A DNA stretch of 64,000 nt, from positions 1,771 to 65,770 of the forward strand of contig CAZDQC010000004.1 in NCBI GenBank assembly GCA_964507245.1, in the 5' to 3' direction. The notes under the pieces are model-generated. The model saw nothing but the letters and a program-made list of their open reading frames with translations, had not been told where the DNA came from and ran no database searches. A program made the translations under genes and the position numbers. The first letter of the stretch is position 1, and the number at the start of each line of letters is the position of its first letter. Below are positions 40,338-50,328 of this stretch, piece by piece. This stretch comes from an uncultured Rhodospirillaceae bacterium (GTDB lineage: Bacteria; Pseudomonadota; Alphaproteobacteria; GCA-2731375).

Positions 40338-41060
40338 ATGACCGAATTGCTTTTCCGAGAGGATCCGTACACCAGGAGTTGCAACGCTACTATCACCGCT
40401 ATAAATGACCGAGGCGGTGTCGAGCTCGACCGCACGGTATTTTATCCGACAGGCGGAGGACAGCCTGGTGATCGCGGTACTCTGACACTATCAGATGGCG
40501 GCGAGATTGTTATTATCACGACCGTGAAAGGCGAAGGTCCTGATGACGTTATCCACGTTCCAACGGAAGGACAGGATTTACCCCCAATCGGTACCACTGT
40601 GACCGCAACAATCGATTGGGAACTACGTCATCGGCTAATGCGGATCCACACCTGCCTGCATCTGCTCTCATCCGTGGTGGAATATCCAGTCACCGGTGGT
40701 CAAATCAGCGACGGCAAGGGCCGGTTGGATTTTGACATGCCAGAAATGACAGTAGATAAGGACGTCATAACCACTCGCTTGAATGACCTGATCGCGGAAG
40801 GACGTCCCGTCAACGTGGATTGGATTAGCGATGAAGAGTTGGCGGCAAATCCAGATTTGGTAAAAACTATGTCAGTGAAACCACCCATGGGACAGGGCAT
40901 GGTGCGCCTGATCGACGTTGATGGCTGCGATCTGCAGCCATGCGGCGGCACCCATGTAGCGAACACATCCGAAATCGGGCGTGTACGTGTTCGTAAAATA
41001 GAGAAAAAGGGGAAAAAAAATCGGCGAGTATCAGTTGAATTTTTTCAATCAAATCAATAA
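40338..41060 (+). CDS. AlaX-like alanyl-tRNA editing domain protein (threonyl/alanyl-tRNA synthetase second additional domain)
   Basis: 240 aa with Zn-binding HxxxH (HTCLHLL) and CxxxH (CGGTHV) motifs. Confidence 0.75.
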   Translation: MTELLFREDPYTRSCNATITAINDRGGVELDRTVFYPTGGGQPGDRGTLTLSDGGEIVIITTVKGEGPDDVIHVPTEGQDLPPIGTTVTATIDWELRHRLMRIHTCLHLLSSVVEYPVTGGQISDGKGRLDFDMPEMTVDKDVITTRLNDLIAEGRPVNVDWISDEELAANPDLVKTMSVKPPMGQGMVRLIDVDGCDLQPCGGTHVANTSEIGRVRVRKIEKKGKKNRRVSVEFFQSNQ

Positions 41061-41086
41061 GTTAAAATTTTTATTGAAGGTGATAT

Positions 41087-41923
41087 ATGAGTAATAATAC
41101 GACCTGCTCAACGGCTTGGCTAGATGAAAATTCGGACAATGTTAAAATCCTTGATGGGTCTTTCTATCTGCCTGCCGAAAACCGCGATGCCGATGCTGAA
41201 TTTGCAGATTCTCATATTACTGGCGCACAACGATTTAATATTGACGTTGTCTGCGCATCCGACACAGATTTACCGCATATGTTTCCTGACCCAATCACTT
41301 TCGCCGACGCAGTCGGTGCCATGGGGATCTGTAATGATGACATGATCATTGTCTATGATGGTGGAAAAATGACGGGTGCCTGTCGAGTATGGTGGATGTT
41401 TCGTGCCTTTGGCCATGATAATGTCGCCGTTCTTGATGGCGGCTTCAGCAAATGGACGGCGGAAGGCCGAGACGTCGAAAATACGGTCACCAAGCCACCC
41501 TCTGCCAAATTTTGTTCGGATTACCAGGACCAGATGGTGCGATCTGTCCATCACATTCTCGACTTGATCGACAAGGACGGCGAAACACAAATCCTCGATG
41601 CCCGTAGCGTCGGCCGTTTCGATGGCACTGCCGCAGAACCGCGCGCAGGGTTGCGATCAGGTCACATGCCGGGCGCTATGAATTTGCCGTATGATAGGCT
41701 GCTGAATGCAGACGGCACACTTTGCTCAACCGAGCAGCTACAGGATCTATTTAGCGGAGCAGGCCTCGATTTAAATCAACCGATTGTCACAACGTGCGGC
41801 TCAGGCGTCTCAGCCACTCTACTCCTATTGGGCCTGGTTGCGATCGGTCACGACGCCAATATGCTTTATGACGGCAGCTGGTCAGAATGGGGCAGTCGTG
41901 ATGATACGCCGATCGTCACTTAG
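41087..41923 (+). CDS. sseA: 3-mercaptopyruvate sulfurtransferase (tandem rhodanese)
   Basis: 278 aa with two rhodanese domains. The active-site Cys loop is CGSGVSA. Confidence 0.8.
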   Translation: MSNNTTCSTAWLDENSDNVKILDGSFYLPAENRDADAEFADSHITGAQRFNIDVVCASDTDLPHMFPDPITFADAVGAMGICNDDMIIVYDGGKMTGACRVWWMFRAFGHDNVAVLDGGFSKWTAEGRDVENTVTKPPSAKFCSDYQDQMVRSVHHILDLIDKDGETQILDARSVGRFDGTAAEPRAGLRSGHMPGAMNLPYDRLLNADGTLCSTEQLQDLFSGAGLDLNQPIVTTCGSGVSATLLLLGLVAIGHDANMLYDGSWSEWGSRDDTPIVT

Positions 41924-42234
41924 TCGGGACAAATTGCAAACCCATGAAATTGGAAATATGGCGACCATAGTTAATCTGCAATATGACGGCAGCCTCTTGC
42001 AGTATTTGCCGAAAGAACTGAGCAACAGTATCGTGATTTTTCTTGATAAATAGCGTTTTTAAATCCTATGTCAGAAGGGCTATAGCCACTGTCGGGAATC
42101 CACAAAATGGCAATTAGCGCCCTCTATACAAGGTAGCAGAAGAACCCCAGGATAAAGGTGAAAACTTGGGACAAAATAGTATTTGAGCTGTCTAACTCTA
42201 CCTAATAATAACCGCAATTTGGACCAATGAAGTC

Positions 42235-42783
42235 GTGCTTAAAAATGATCCGATGAACGACGAACTAGTAGTGATCACCTATCTAGAAATGACCGAACGT
42301 CCGTGTCTACCTCAGATGGCGCCGAAAGTACGCAACTATGCCTTAATGGGAGCCCCAGAAATAACCCTTGGCTTTTATAGATACCTTTATGACGCCGTCG
42401 GACGACCCTGGCACTGGACTGACCGAAAAAAACTATCAGACGAAGAACTAGGTAAAATTATCCACGATCCTGTTGTAGAAGTTTTTGTGCTCTACGTCGG
42501 AGGGTCACCTGCAGGTTTTTTTGAATTAGATTACCGCACCATGCCAACCGCGGAACTTGCCTACTTTGGCCTCATGCCGGGGTTCATAGGTTTGACCCTA
42601 GGGCCCTATCTGCTTGCTCAAGCAATCGAAATGCTCTGGCAAAAGGAACCCAAGCGAGTGCTGGTTAATACATGCACCCTGGACCACCCCAAGGCATTGC
42701 CCCTCTACCAACGCTTCGGATTTCGACCCTATGATCGCAAGGAAACTACTACCCTAAGGAGCATGAAAAACCCTAAAAAATAA
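42235..42783 (+). CDS. GNAT family N-acetyltransferase
   Basis: 182 aa with a GNAT motif A-like region and the C-terminal LPLYQRFGF. Confidence 0.65.
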   Translation: MLKNDPMNDELVVITYLEMTERPCLPQMAPKVRNYALMGAPEITLGFYRYLYDAVGRPWHWTDRKKLSDEELGKIIHDPVVEVFVLYVGGSPAGFFELDYRTMPTAELAYFGLMPGFIGLTLGPYLLAQAIEMLWQKEPKRVLVNTCTLDHPKALPLYQRFGFRPYDRKETTTLRSMKNPKK

Positions 42784-42927
42784 AGTTCATTTTATGTTGA
42801 TCCAGCACGATGGATTTACTCGAGAACATCAATATTTTTTATTATACAAACGAATTACAACTATAATTTGGATACTAGGTGGCCACGCAATCCAACTAAA
42901 TTGGGCAAGACAATAAGTTATTATATT

Positions 42928-43656
42928 TTAATGACTGAGTATTTGGCTTAAAAATAATTTTGTACGGTCACTCTCTGGATTATTAAAAAACTCTTCGGGT
43001 TCATTCTCTTCAACAATTTCACCTGCATCCATAAAAATAACCCTGTTCGCCACTTGACGCGCGAAACCCATTTCATGAGTAACAACGAGCATGGTCATTC
43101 CTGATTCAGCAAGTTCAATCATCACATCAAGCACTTCCTTGATCATTTCTGGATCTAGGGCTGATGTCACTTCGTCAAAAAGCATGACCTTAGGTTGCAT
43201 GCATAATGAACGAGCAATAGCAACACGTTGCTGTTGCCCGCCCGAGAGTTGTCCAGGAAATTTCTGAGCCTGCTCGGGAATTTTAACGCGCTCCAATAAT
43301 TCCATAGCCAATTCCTCAGCATCACTCCGAGGCATTTTTCGGACCCAAACCGGACCTAAAGTACAATTTTCTAAAACAGAAAGATGGGGAAATAAATTAA
43401 AACTCTGAAAAACCATCCCGACATCGCTTCTTATTTCGGCGATATTTTTTATATTAGAGGTTAGTTCAATTCCATCGACATTTATTGATCCTTCCTGATG
43501 CTCCTCCAGCCGGTTGATACAACGTATCAGGGTCGACTTTCCGGATCCGGACGGACCACAAATTACAATTTTTTCACCACCATCTACGCTTAAATTAATG
43601 TCTTTCAAGACATGGAATGAACCAAACCATTTATGCATATTTTCGATCTTAATCAT
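42928..43656 (-). CDS. aapP: Amino acid ABC transporter ATP-binding protein (polar amino acid family, AapP/GlnQ-like)
   Basis: 242 aa with Walker [10 protein letters not shown], signature LSGGQQQRV, and Walker [12 protein letters not shown]. Confidence 0.85.
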   Translation of the reverse strand: MIKIENMHKWFGSFHVLKDINLSVDGGEKIVICGPSGSGKSTLIRCINRLEEHQEGSINVDGIELTSNIKNIAEIRSDVGMVFQSFNLFPHLSVLENCTLGPVWVRKMPRSDAEELAMELLERVKIPEQAQKFPGQLSGGQQQRVAIARSLCMQPKVMLFDEVTSALDPEMIKEVLDVMIELAESGMTMLVVTHEMGFARQVANRVIFMDAGEIVEENEPEEFFNNPESDRTKLFLSQILSH

Positions 43657-43713
43657 CGCCTCTTTCCTAATTATTCGGAATTCTTACTGTTTGATGAAAG
43701 CATTAGCGATATT

Positions 43714-44793
43714 TTAATCATGATCTGTATTCAAACGTTTTTCTAAAAATATCGAATATCGCGACATTGAAAAACAGCAAATAAAGAAAAATATTGCTAT
43801 AAATATGTATACTTCAATATGCAAACCGCCCCATTTAGTATCAGCTAACGACGCCCTTCCAATCCCTAATGGATCTAATAACCCGATAATGATAACCAAT
43901 GTCGTATCTTTGTATAAACCTATGAAACTATTGACAATTCCGGGTATTGAAATCTTTAAAACCTGCGGCATGACAACTAATCGATGGGTCTTCCAGTAAC
44001 TTAACCCAATTGCTTGGCTCGCTTCATATTGTCCAACTGGGATGCCCGCGAGTCCACCCCGAATTACTTCAGCCAAATAAGCAGCTGAGAAAAAAGTCAC
44101 CATAATCAAAACACGTAGCAGAAGATCGAATGAGGTACCCGGTGGAAGAAAATAATTCAACATTGTGGAAGCGATAAATAATATAACGATCAGTGGAACG
44201 CCGCGGAGAACTTCAATAAAAATCACGCAGAGAATTTTAACGGCTGGTAAGTTTGAAGTACGGCCCAACGCAAGGAATATGCCAATTGGTAAGGAAAAAG
44301 CGACCCCTGTAATACCAACAATTATAGTAAGCATTATTCCGCCGAATAGGTCCGTGGTAACTGGTTCTAATCCCAAACCACCTAACAAAACCCAACCCGC
44401 TAAGAATGGGAATAACATGCTGTATAGGAGCAAGTATTTTCGGTATGGCAATTTTTCTACAAAAATCGGTATGAAAGCCAAAATTAATAGTATGAATGTT
44501 AGATTTACTCTCCAATGAAGATGCGTTGGATAGAAGCCGTAAATAAACATATTAATTCTTTTGGTAATAAAGGCCCAGCATGCCCCCTCCCCTGGCGTGG
44601 CCATTTGCTCCCAACACGAATTGCGGCTATCCCCCAACCAGACAGAATTGATTAAAGCCCATTCGAAGATCGGAGGAACAACGACAATAACGATGTAGAT
44701 CGATAATATGGTTAGCACAGCATCGAACGGCGAAGAAAATAAATTCTGCCGCAACCACCTTACTACTTTATTTAGCGCATTTACTTGGGGCAT
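43714..44793 (-). CDS. aapM: Amino acid ABC transporter permease (AapM-like)
   Basis: 359 aa membrane protein with an EAA-like loop (GLSYWKTHRLVVMPQ). It is strongly AT-rich. Confidence 0.8.
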   Translation of the reverse strand: MPQVNALNKVVRWLRQNLFSSPFDAVLTILSIYIVIVVVPPIFEWALINSVWLGDSRNSCWEQMATPGEGACWAFITKRINMFIYGFYPTHLHWRVNLTFILLILAFIPIFVEKLPYRKYLLLYSMLFPFLAGWVLLGGLGLEPVTTDLFGGIMLTIIVGITGVAFSLPIGIFLALGRTSNLPAVKILCVIFIEVLRGVPLIVILFIASTMLNYFLPPGTSFDLLLRVLIMVTFFSAAYLAEVIRGGLAGIPVGQYEASQAIGLSYWKTHRLVVMPQVLKISIPGIVNSFIGLYKDTTLVIIIGLLDPLGIGRASLADTKWGGLHIEVYIFIAIFFFICCFSMSRYSIFLEKRLNTDHD

Positions 44794-44845
44794 ATTTATT
44801 CAGTTCAGCAGCACCTTACCCAAATAACCAGATCTTTCATTTCCA

Positions 44846-46027
44846 TTACCTATCCTTTATTCCTATGCTTCTATTATAAATATTCATAAGCAAAGATATG
44901 AAAAGGGAACACAATAGGTAAACTAACAGAACAATTATCATTGTTTCCATTTCTTTACCTGTTTGCATTAACGAAATCCCGCCGATCGTAGCCATTATAT
45001 CCATATAACCAATTGCGAGAGCCAAAGATGAATTTTTTGTTAGGTTCAAATATTGACTAGCAAGAGGCGGTATAATAATTCGCAATGCCTGCGGTATCGT
45101 AACAAGCTGAAGGGTGCGTTTAGGTGTTAAGCCTACGGCATACGCAGCCTCTGTTTGGCCCTTGTGTACAGCGAGTATTCCCCCTCTGACAATTTCCGCG
45201 ATAAACGCCGAGGTGTAATAGGACAATGCAAACCAAAGGGCTATATACTCAGGCCTTACAGCCAGCCCGCCCCGAAAATTAAAGCCGCGCAGGGATGGTA
45301 TTTCCAGCCCTACTGGAGAATCAGATGCAAAAAAAGTTATCCCGGTAATTCCAAAAATGAAGATCAATCCGATGGAAAATATGGGATAAATTTTTCCTGT
45401 TTTGGCTTGCACTTGTTTAGCCCAAACCCTGTAGATTAAAAATAGGATGATAGAAACTATAATCGCCACGATGACGTAATTGAAACCATCTTGAAAAATG
45501 GGCCTTGGGATAAAAAATCCTCGGTTTGTTAGGTGTACTACATCCCCGATTGAAAGAGCTTTTTTGGGGACCGGCAAGCTATGAATAATGATACTATGAA
45601 TAAATAAAATATGGAGAAGAACGGGCACATTACGGGTAAATTCAACAAATATATAAGATAATTTATTAACAAGAAAATTTGATGACAGCCGGCAGATGCC
45701 AAGGATAAATCCAAGTATAGTTGCCAATATGATTCCAGTTATAGCGACTAATAATGTATTTAATAATCCTACTAAGGCTGCCCTAAAATGTGTGTCGGTT
45801 GGAGAATATTCGATAAAGGGCTGAAAGGTGATATCGTAGCCTGCCGGGTAAGCAAGAAAATCGAAACTGAACTCCTTACCCACCGAAGCTAGATTTACCG
45901 TAATATTCTGTATAATCAAAAAAACAAGCAACAGCACTAATATCAAGGTCACCGTCTGCAAAATAAGCGATCGGGTCTTTTGATCATTTAGCAGATTGAT
46001 GAGACTTATATTCGTAGTGCGTTCCAT
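44846..46027 (-). CDS. aapQ: Amino acid ABC transporter permease (AapQ-like)
   Basis: 393 aa membrane protein with an EAA-like loop (GLTPKRTLQLVTIPQALR). It is strongly AT-rich. Confidence 0.8.
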   Translation of the reverse strand: MERTTNISLINLLNDQKTRSLILQTVTLILVLLLVFLIIQNITVNLASVGKEFSFDFLAYPAGYDITFQPFIEYSPTDTHFRAALVGLLNTLLVAITGIILATILGFILGICRLSSNFLVNKLSYIFVEFTRNVPVLLHILFIHSIIIHSLPVPKKALSIGDVVHLTNRGFFIPRPIFQDGFNYVIVAIIVSIILFLIYRVWAKQVQAKTGKIYPIFSIGLIFIFGITGITFFASDSPVGLEIPSLRGFNFRGGLAVRPEYIALWFALSYYTSAFIAEIVRGGILAVHKGQTEAAYAVGLTPKRTLQLVTIPQALRIIIPPLASQYLNLTKNSSLALAIGYMDIMATIGGISLMQTGKEMETMIIVLLVYLLCSLFISLLMNIYNRSIGIKDR

Positions 46028-46150
46028 TGAACTAGAATATCACGATCAGTTGTTGAAATTATGCCAAAAAAAGAAAAGGGGCATTACCGGAACTTTACTC
46101 CGGTAATGCCCAGTTCTCTAGGATCTACCTAATTGCAGATCAAAATATGC

Positions 46151-47167
46151 TCAACGGAACGGCGGTGAATATTGAAGGCCGCCCTTAGTCCAAAGAGCAT
46201 TCAGTTCACGGTTCAGGCCAATGGCAGTATTTGGGCCAATATTGCGCTCAAAAATTTCACCATAATTGCCTACAGCCTTGATGATATTCTTGGCCCAATC
46301 CTTGTTCAAACCAAGCTCCTCACCTTGACTGCCTTCCATACCGACAAACCGCTTAATTTCTGGGTTCTTCGTTTGATGACCGATATGGTCGACGTTTGCT
46401 TGTGTAATGCCGAGTTCCTCAGCGGTGATTGTCGCGTACAAAACCCAACGAACGATATCTGCCCACTGGTCATCTCCTTGCCGTACGGCTGGGCCGAGCG
46501 GCTCCTTAGAGATGATTTCTGGCAAAATCGTATGGTTCTTGGGATCCTTGAACGTGGAACGGGTCGCTGCAAGGCCTGATGCATCAGTGGTATACACATC
46601 GCCTCGACCAGAAAGATAGCATTGGCGCGCTTCTTCGTTAGTTTCGATCGCTACAGCCTCATATTTCATGCCGTTTGACCGAAAGTAGTCCGCCAAGTTT
46701 AATTCCGTCGTGGTGCCAGTCTGGATACATACAGAAGCACCATCAAGTTCCTTGGCACTCTTAATACCCATACTATTCTTTACCATGAAGCCTTGGCCGT
46801 CATAGTAATTCACACCGAGAAAAGTCAGCTTAACACCAACGTCCCGCGAGAAGGTAATGGTCGTATTTCTCCAAAGGACATCGCCTTCGCCAGAGTTCAG
46901 TTTTGTAAAGCGTGTCTTTCCTGTACTTGTAACAGCCTTGATCTTGTTTGCGTCGCCAAGTACTGCCGCCGCTGTTGCACGACAAAAGTCGACGTCAAAA
47001 CCTTTCCACTTTCCGCTGTCATCAGGATAAGCAAAGCCAGCGATACCGGTGCTGACGACACAGCGCAGGACACCAGCCTTCTTTACATCCTCGAGCGTCC
47101 CAGCTAGGGCACCCGTAGACACCACTGCGGCCGTGGCCGCAGCTGCTATAAATCCAAGATATTTCAT
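46151..47167 (-). CDS. aapJ: General L-amino acid ABC transporter substrate-binding protein (AapJ-like)
   Basis: 338 aa with an N-terminal signal peptide (MKYLGFIAAAATAAVVSTGALA) and the periplasmic binding protein fold of the polar amino acid family. Its GC content is normal, unlike the permease genes. Confidence 0.85.
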   Translation of the reverse strand: MKYLGFIAAAATAAVVSTGALAGTLEDVKKAGVLRCVVSTGIAGFAYPDDSGKWKGFDVDFCRATAAAVLGDANKIKAVTSTGKTRFTKLNSGEGDVLWRNTTITFSRDVGVKLTFLGVNYYDGQGFMVKNSMGIKSAKELDGASVCIQTGTTTELNLADYFRSNGMKYEAVAIETNEEARQCYLSGRGDVYTTDASGLAATRSTFKDPKNHTILPEIISKEPLGPAVRQGDDQWADIVRWVLYATITAEELGITQANVDHIGHQTKNPEIKRFVGMEGSQGEELGLNKDWAKNIIKAVGNYGEIFERNIGPNTAIGLNRELNALWTKGGLQYSPPFR

Positions 47168-47653
47168 TCAGAATATCTCCCTGTATTGTTTTGTTCCAAA
47201 TTATCAGGTCCGACAAGCACTAAAAACATGCCTTAACCTGCCACAGAAACCGCAGACGTTAACAGAAGACGTCAGCTTCGACAATTAACCAGTATCACCC
47301 TATTTAATATAGAAAACTACTAGTTTGTGTAGGTTTGCGTGACCGTACGCATGATTGCCTATTTGAAGACAATTGACTGATCTTCCATGTTATCTGCAGT
47401 CGTCGAAAACGCAACAGTGATACGGGTTACATATTTAGCCTCAATAGCTCGTCGACGCCATGCGCCACAATTGTGCAGAAGTAAAATTCTTATAGAGGCC
47501 ACACCCACCAAACTGCAAAAATCAAACAGCACGCAGGCGACGTATACATTGAGCGCTTGCCGAATTCATTGGTGCGGAATTTGGCTTGATGCCATTATGT
47601 AGCTGTACCATTTCGCATTCGGTCACAAGCTACAAGCGCAGAGTATTCCCGAT

Positions 47654-48829
47654 ATGAAAGATGAAACCAAATTGGTCACTACCGGCCGCGACCCGGAAAA
47701 CAATCACGGTGTCGTCAATCCACCTGTCTACCACGCTTCGACGATCTTACATCCAACATTGGATGCTTTGGACGGGTCTCGAAAAAGGCGTGAAGCAGGA
47801 GAAAGAGGTGTCTATTACGGACGGAAAGGAACACCGACAACATTTTCCCTCGAAGACATGGTTTGCGCCCTCGAAGGTGGTCACCGCTGTCAAGTCTACC
47901 CATCCGGTCTGGCAGCTATTGCTGGATCCTTATTGGCTTTTGTAAAGGCAGGCGATCACATTCTTATGACCGACGCTGTGTATGGGCCGGCACGGCGCTT
48001 TTGCAACGACTTAGCCAGCCGCTACGACGTTTCCACGACCTTTTATGATCCGGCAATTGGCTCCGAAATTAGGGATCTGATCCACGACAAAACCCGGGTC
48101 GTTTATGTGGAAGCACCAGGCACCGCCACATTTGTGATGCAGGACATCCCTGCCATTGCCGATGCCGCTCATAAAAAGGGCTGTGTGGTCATGATGGACA
48201 ATACCTGGGCATCGCCCTTGTATTGCAAGCCGTTTGAGTTAGGTGTGGATGTTTCAATTCAGGCTGGGACAAAATATATTGTCGGACATTCCGACGTAAT
48301 GATTGGCACCTCATGCGCCAACAAAGAAGCCTGGCCGGCGGTTGAAAGCATGGCAGGTTTGTTGGGCCACGCCGCTGGGCCAGATGATGTCTATCTGGCG
48401 CAAAGAGGAATGCGAACGCTATCTGTACGTCTGAAGCAGCATTGGGAAAACGGCCTAAAAGTGGCTGATTGGTTGAGAGACCAAGACATGGTGGAGGTGG
48501 TCATGCATCCGGCATTGATGGAAGACCCCGGTCACGATCTATGGAAGCGCGATTTCCTTGGCGCCTCCGGCTTGTTTGGCACCACGTTGAAACCCTGTTC
48601 TCGCGAGGCCGTGGCTGCCATGGTAGACGGCCTTGAGTTGTTTGGCATGGGCGCATCCTGGGGTGGTTATGAGAGCCTAGTGTTGCCACAGGATCCCAAT
48701 GCCTTCCGTAGCGTTACGCCTTGGCCACACGAAGGACAATGCATACGCTTCCATATCGGACTGGAGGATACTGACGATCTAATCACTGACCTAGTCGCTG
48801 GTTTTGAACGGTTGGATGCTGCCCTCTAA
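47654..48829 (+). CDS. metC: Cystathionine beta-lyase (Cys/Met-metabolism PLP enzyme)
   Basis: 391 aa with the PLP-lysine region (QAGTKYIVGHSD) and the conserved MetC N-terminus (TKLVTTGR...). Confidence 0.8.
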   Translation: MKDETKLVTTGRDPENNHGVVNPPVYHASTILHPTLDALDGSRKRREAGERGVYYGRKGTPTTFSLEDMVCALEGGHRCQVYPSGLAAIAGSLLAFVKAGDHILMTDAVYGPARRFCNDLASRYDVSTTFYDPAIGSEIRDLIHDKTRVVYVEAPGTATFVMQDIPAIADAAHKKGCVVMMDNTWASPLYCKPFELGVDVSIQAGTKYIVGHSDVMIGTSCANKEAWPAVESMAGLLGHAAGPDDVYLAQRGMRTLSVRLKQHWENGLKVADWLRDQDMVEVVMHPALMEDPGHDLWKRDFLGASGLFGTTLKPCSREAVAAMVDGLELFGMGASWGGYESLVLPQDPNAFRSVTPWPHEGQCIRFHIGLEDTDDLITDLVAGFERLDAAL

Positions 48830-48844
48830 AATGGAGACCCTGTC

Positions 48845-49630
48845 GTGGGCGCTATAACCAGTTCCAGACACTGGTTATTCGTTCCTTTAGCAGCCCTGGC
48901 TTTCCAAATCAGCGCCGCCAAGGCCACTACAATAGAAACTATAGAGTTGTTGGCGGCAGCCTCCACTATGGAAGCAGTGACGCAGATAACGTTGTCCGTG
49001 CAACGAGATCTAAATATTCGTCTGCGGCCAACGTTTGCCGGCTCTTCAACCCTTGCAAAACACATTGCTGCCGGTGCCCCGGCGCACTTATTCCTTTCTG
49101 CCGACCCTGATTGGATGTCGTATCTTGAAGGACGAAATTTAGTGACCCCGGGGAATAGGATCGACTTGCTCAGTAACCAGCTTGTCTTGCTGCAAAGGGA
49201 AAAAAGTATGCCTTCGGTGAATTTAACAAATCTGATCTCGGCGTTGGGCAACCAACGTTTGATAATGGGCGACCCTGACCATGTACCGGCCGGGCGTTAT
49301 GGGAAGCAAGCCCTCGAGTATCTGGAACTTTGGCAAACGGTTAAGTCACGGACCGTCTTTGGCGCATCAATCCGAAATGCCCTTGCCCTATTCTCACGGG
49401 GTCATGGACGCTTCGCGATTGCCTATATCACAGACGCCCGTATTTATAGGGACCTGAATATTGCCTTCCGAATTCCGGCTAAAAGTCATGCCCCTATCAT
49501 CTACCCCTTGGGCCTAATTGGCAAAGAGACCAATGACCGAGCAAAAAGGGTATTTGATTATCTGCAAAATGAACAGTCGCGCACCATTTTTACATATTAT
49601 GGCTTTACCTTTTTGCCTATGCCCCGCTAA
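48845..49630 (+). CDS. modA: Molybdate ABC transporter substrate-binding protein
   Basis: 261 aa with a signal peptide and ModA-type motifs. Confidence 0.85.
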   Translation: MGAITSSRHWLFVPLAALAFQISAAKATTIETIELLAAASTMEAVTQITLSVQRDLNIRLRPTFAGSSTLAKHIAAGAPAHLFLSADPDWMSYLEGRNLVTPGNRIDLLSNQLVLLQREKSMPSVNLTNLISALGNQRLIMGDPDHVPAGRYGKQALEYLELWQTVKSRTVFGASIRNALALFSRGHGRFAIAYITDARIYRDLNIAFRIPAKSHAPIIYPLGLIGKETNDRAKRVFDYLQNEQSRTIFTYYGFTFLPMPR

Positions 49631-49638
49631 TTGACCCC

Positions 49639-50328
49639 ATGTTAAGCCAGTTGGAGATAGAAGCGCTTTCATTATCCCTGAAAGTATCGTTCTGGGCGGT
49701 AAACTGTATTCTTTTGCCTGGCATTGCCATTGCCTGGCTTTTGGCGCGCCGGGATTTTCCTGGAAAGGCTCTGCTGGATGGCTTCGTTCATTTACCGCTG
49801 GTTCTGCCACCCGTTGCCCTTGGTTATGTGCTGTTGGTGATGTTTGGCCGTAATGGGCCCCTGGGCGCATTTCTATATGACTGGTTCGGGGTTAACCTGA
49901 TATTCTCATGGCGAGGAGCTGCCGTTGCGGCTGGCATCATGGCGTTCCCGTTATTGGTGCGCGCCGTGCGCCTATCCATGGAAGTCGTGGACCAACGTTT
50001 GGAAACAGCGGCACGAACCCTAGGTGCAAGACCCTGGCGAGTCTTTATAACCATCACCCTACCCCTCGCATCACCTGGTATTCTTACCGGCGTCCTGCTG
50101 GCCTTCATTCGTTGTTTAGGTGAGTTCGGAGCCACCATCACCTTTGCTGCTAATGTTCCAGGTGAAACTCGTACACTTCCCCTGGCGCTATATACGGCCC
50201 TGCAGGTTCCGGGAGGCGAAGATGCGGCGATGCGGCTTGCCCTTGTGTCAATCGCCCTAGCGATTGGCGCTTTGGTCGCTTCCCAATTCCTAGCCCGTGA
50301 AGTGGCAAAACGGATCGGACTTTCGTGA
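49639..50328 (+). CDS. modB: Molybdate ABC transporter permease
   Basis: 229 aa with about 5 TM helices and an EAA loop (ETAARTLGARPWRVFITITLP). Confidence 0.85.
   Translation: MLSQLEIEALSLSLKVSFWAVNCILLPGIAIAWLLARRDFPGKALLDGFVHLPLVLPPVALGYVLLVMFGRNGPLGAFLYDWFGVNLIFSWRGAAVAAGIMAFPLLVRAVRLSMEVVDQRLETAARTLGARPWRVFITITLPLASPGILTGVLLAFIRCLGEFGATITFAANVPGETRTLPLALYTALQVPGGEDAAMRLALVSIALAIGALVASQFLAREVAKRIGLS

Noticed and set aside
47520-47653. SAM-II-like riboswitch in the metC leader
   Set aside because: There is only a vague resemblance (UUUGGCUUG and AAGCUA elements). I cannot reconstruct the pseudoknot or triplex by eye, so this needs an Rfam scan.
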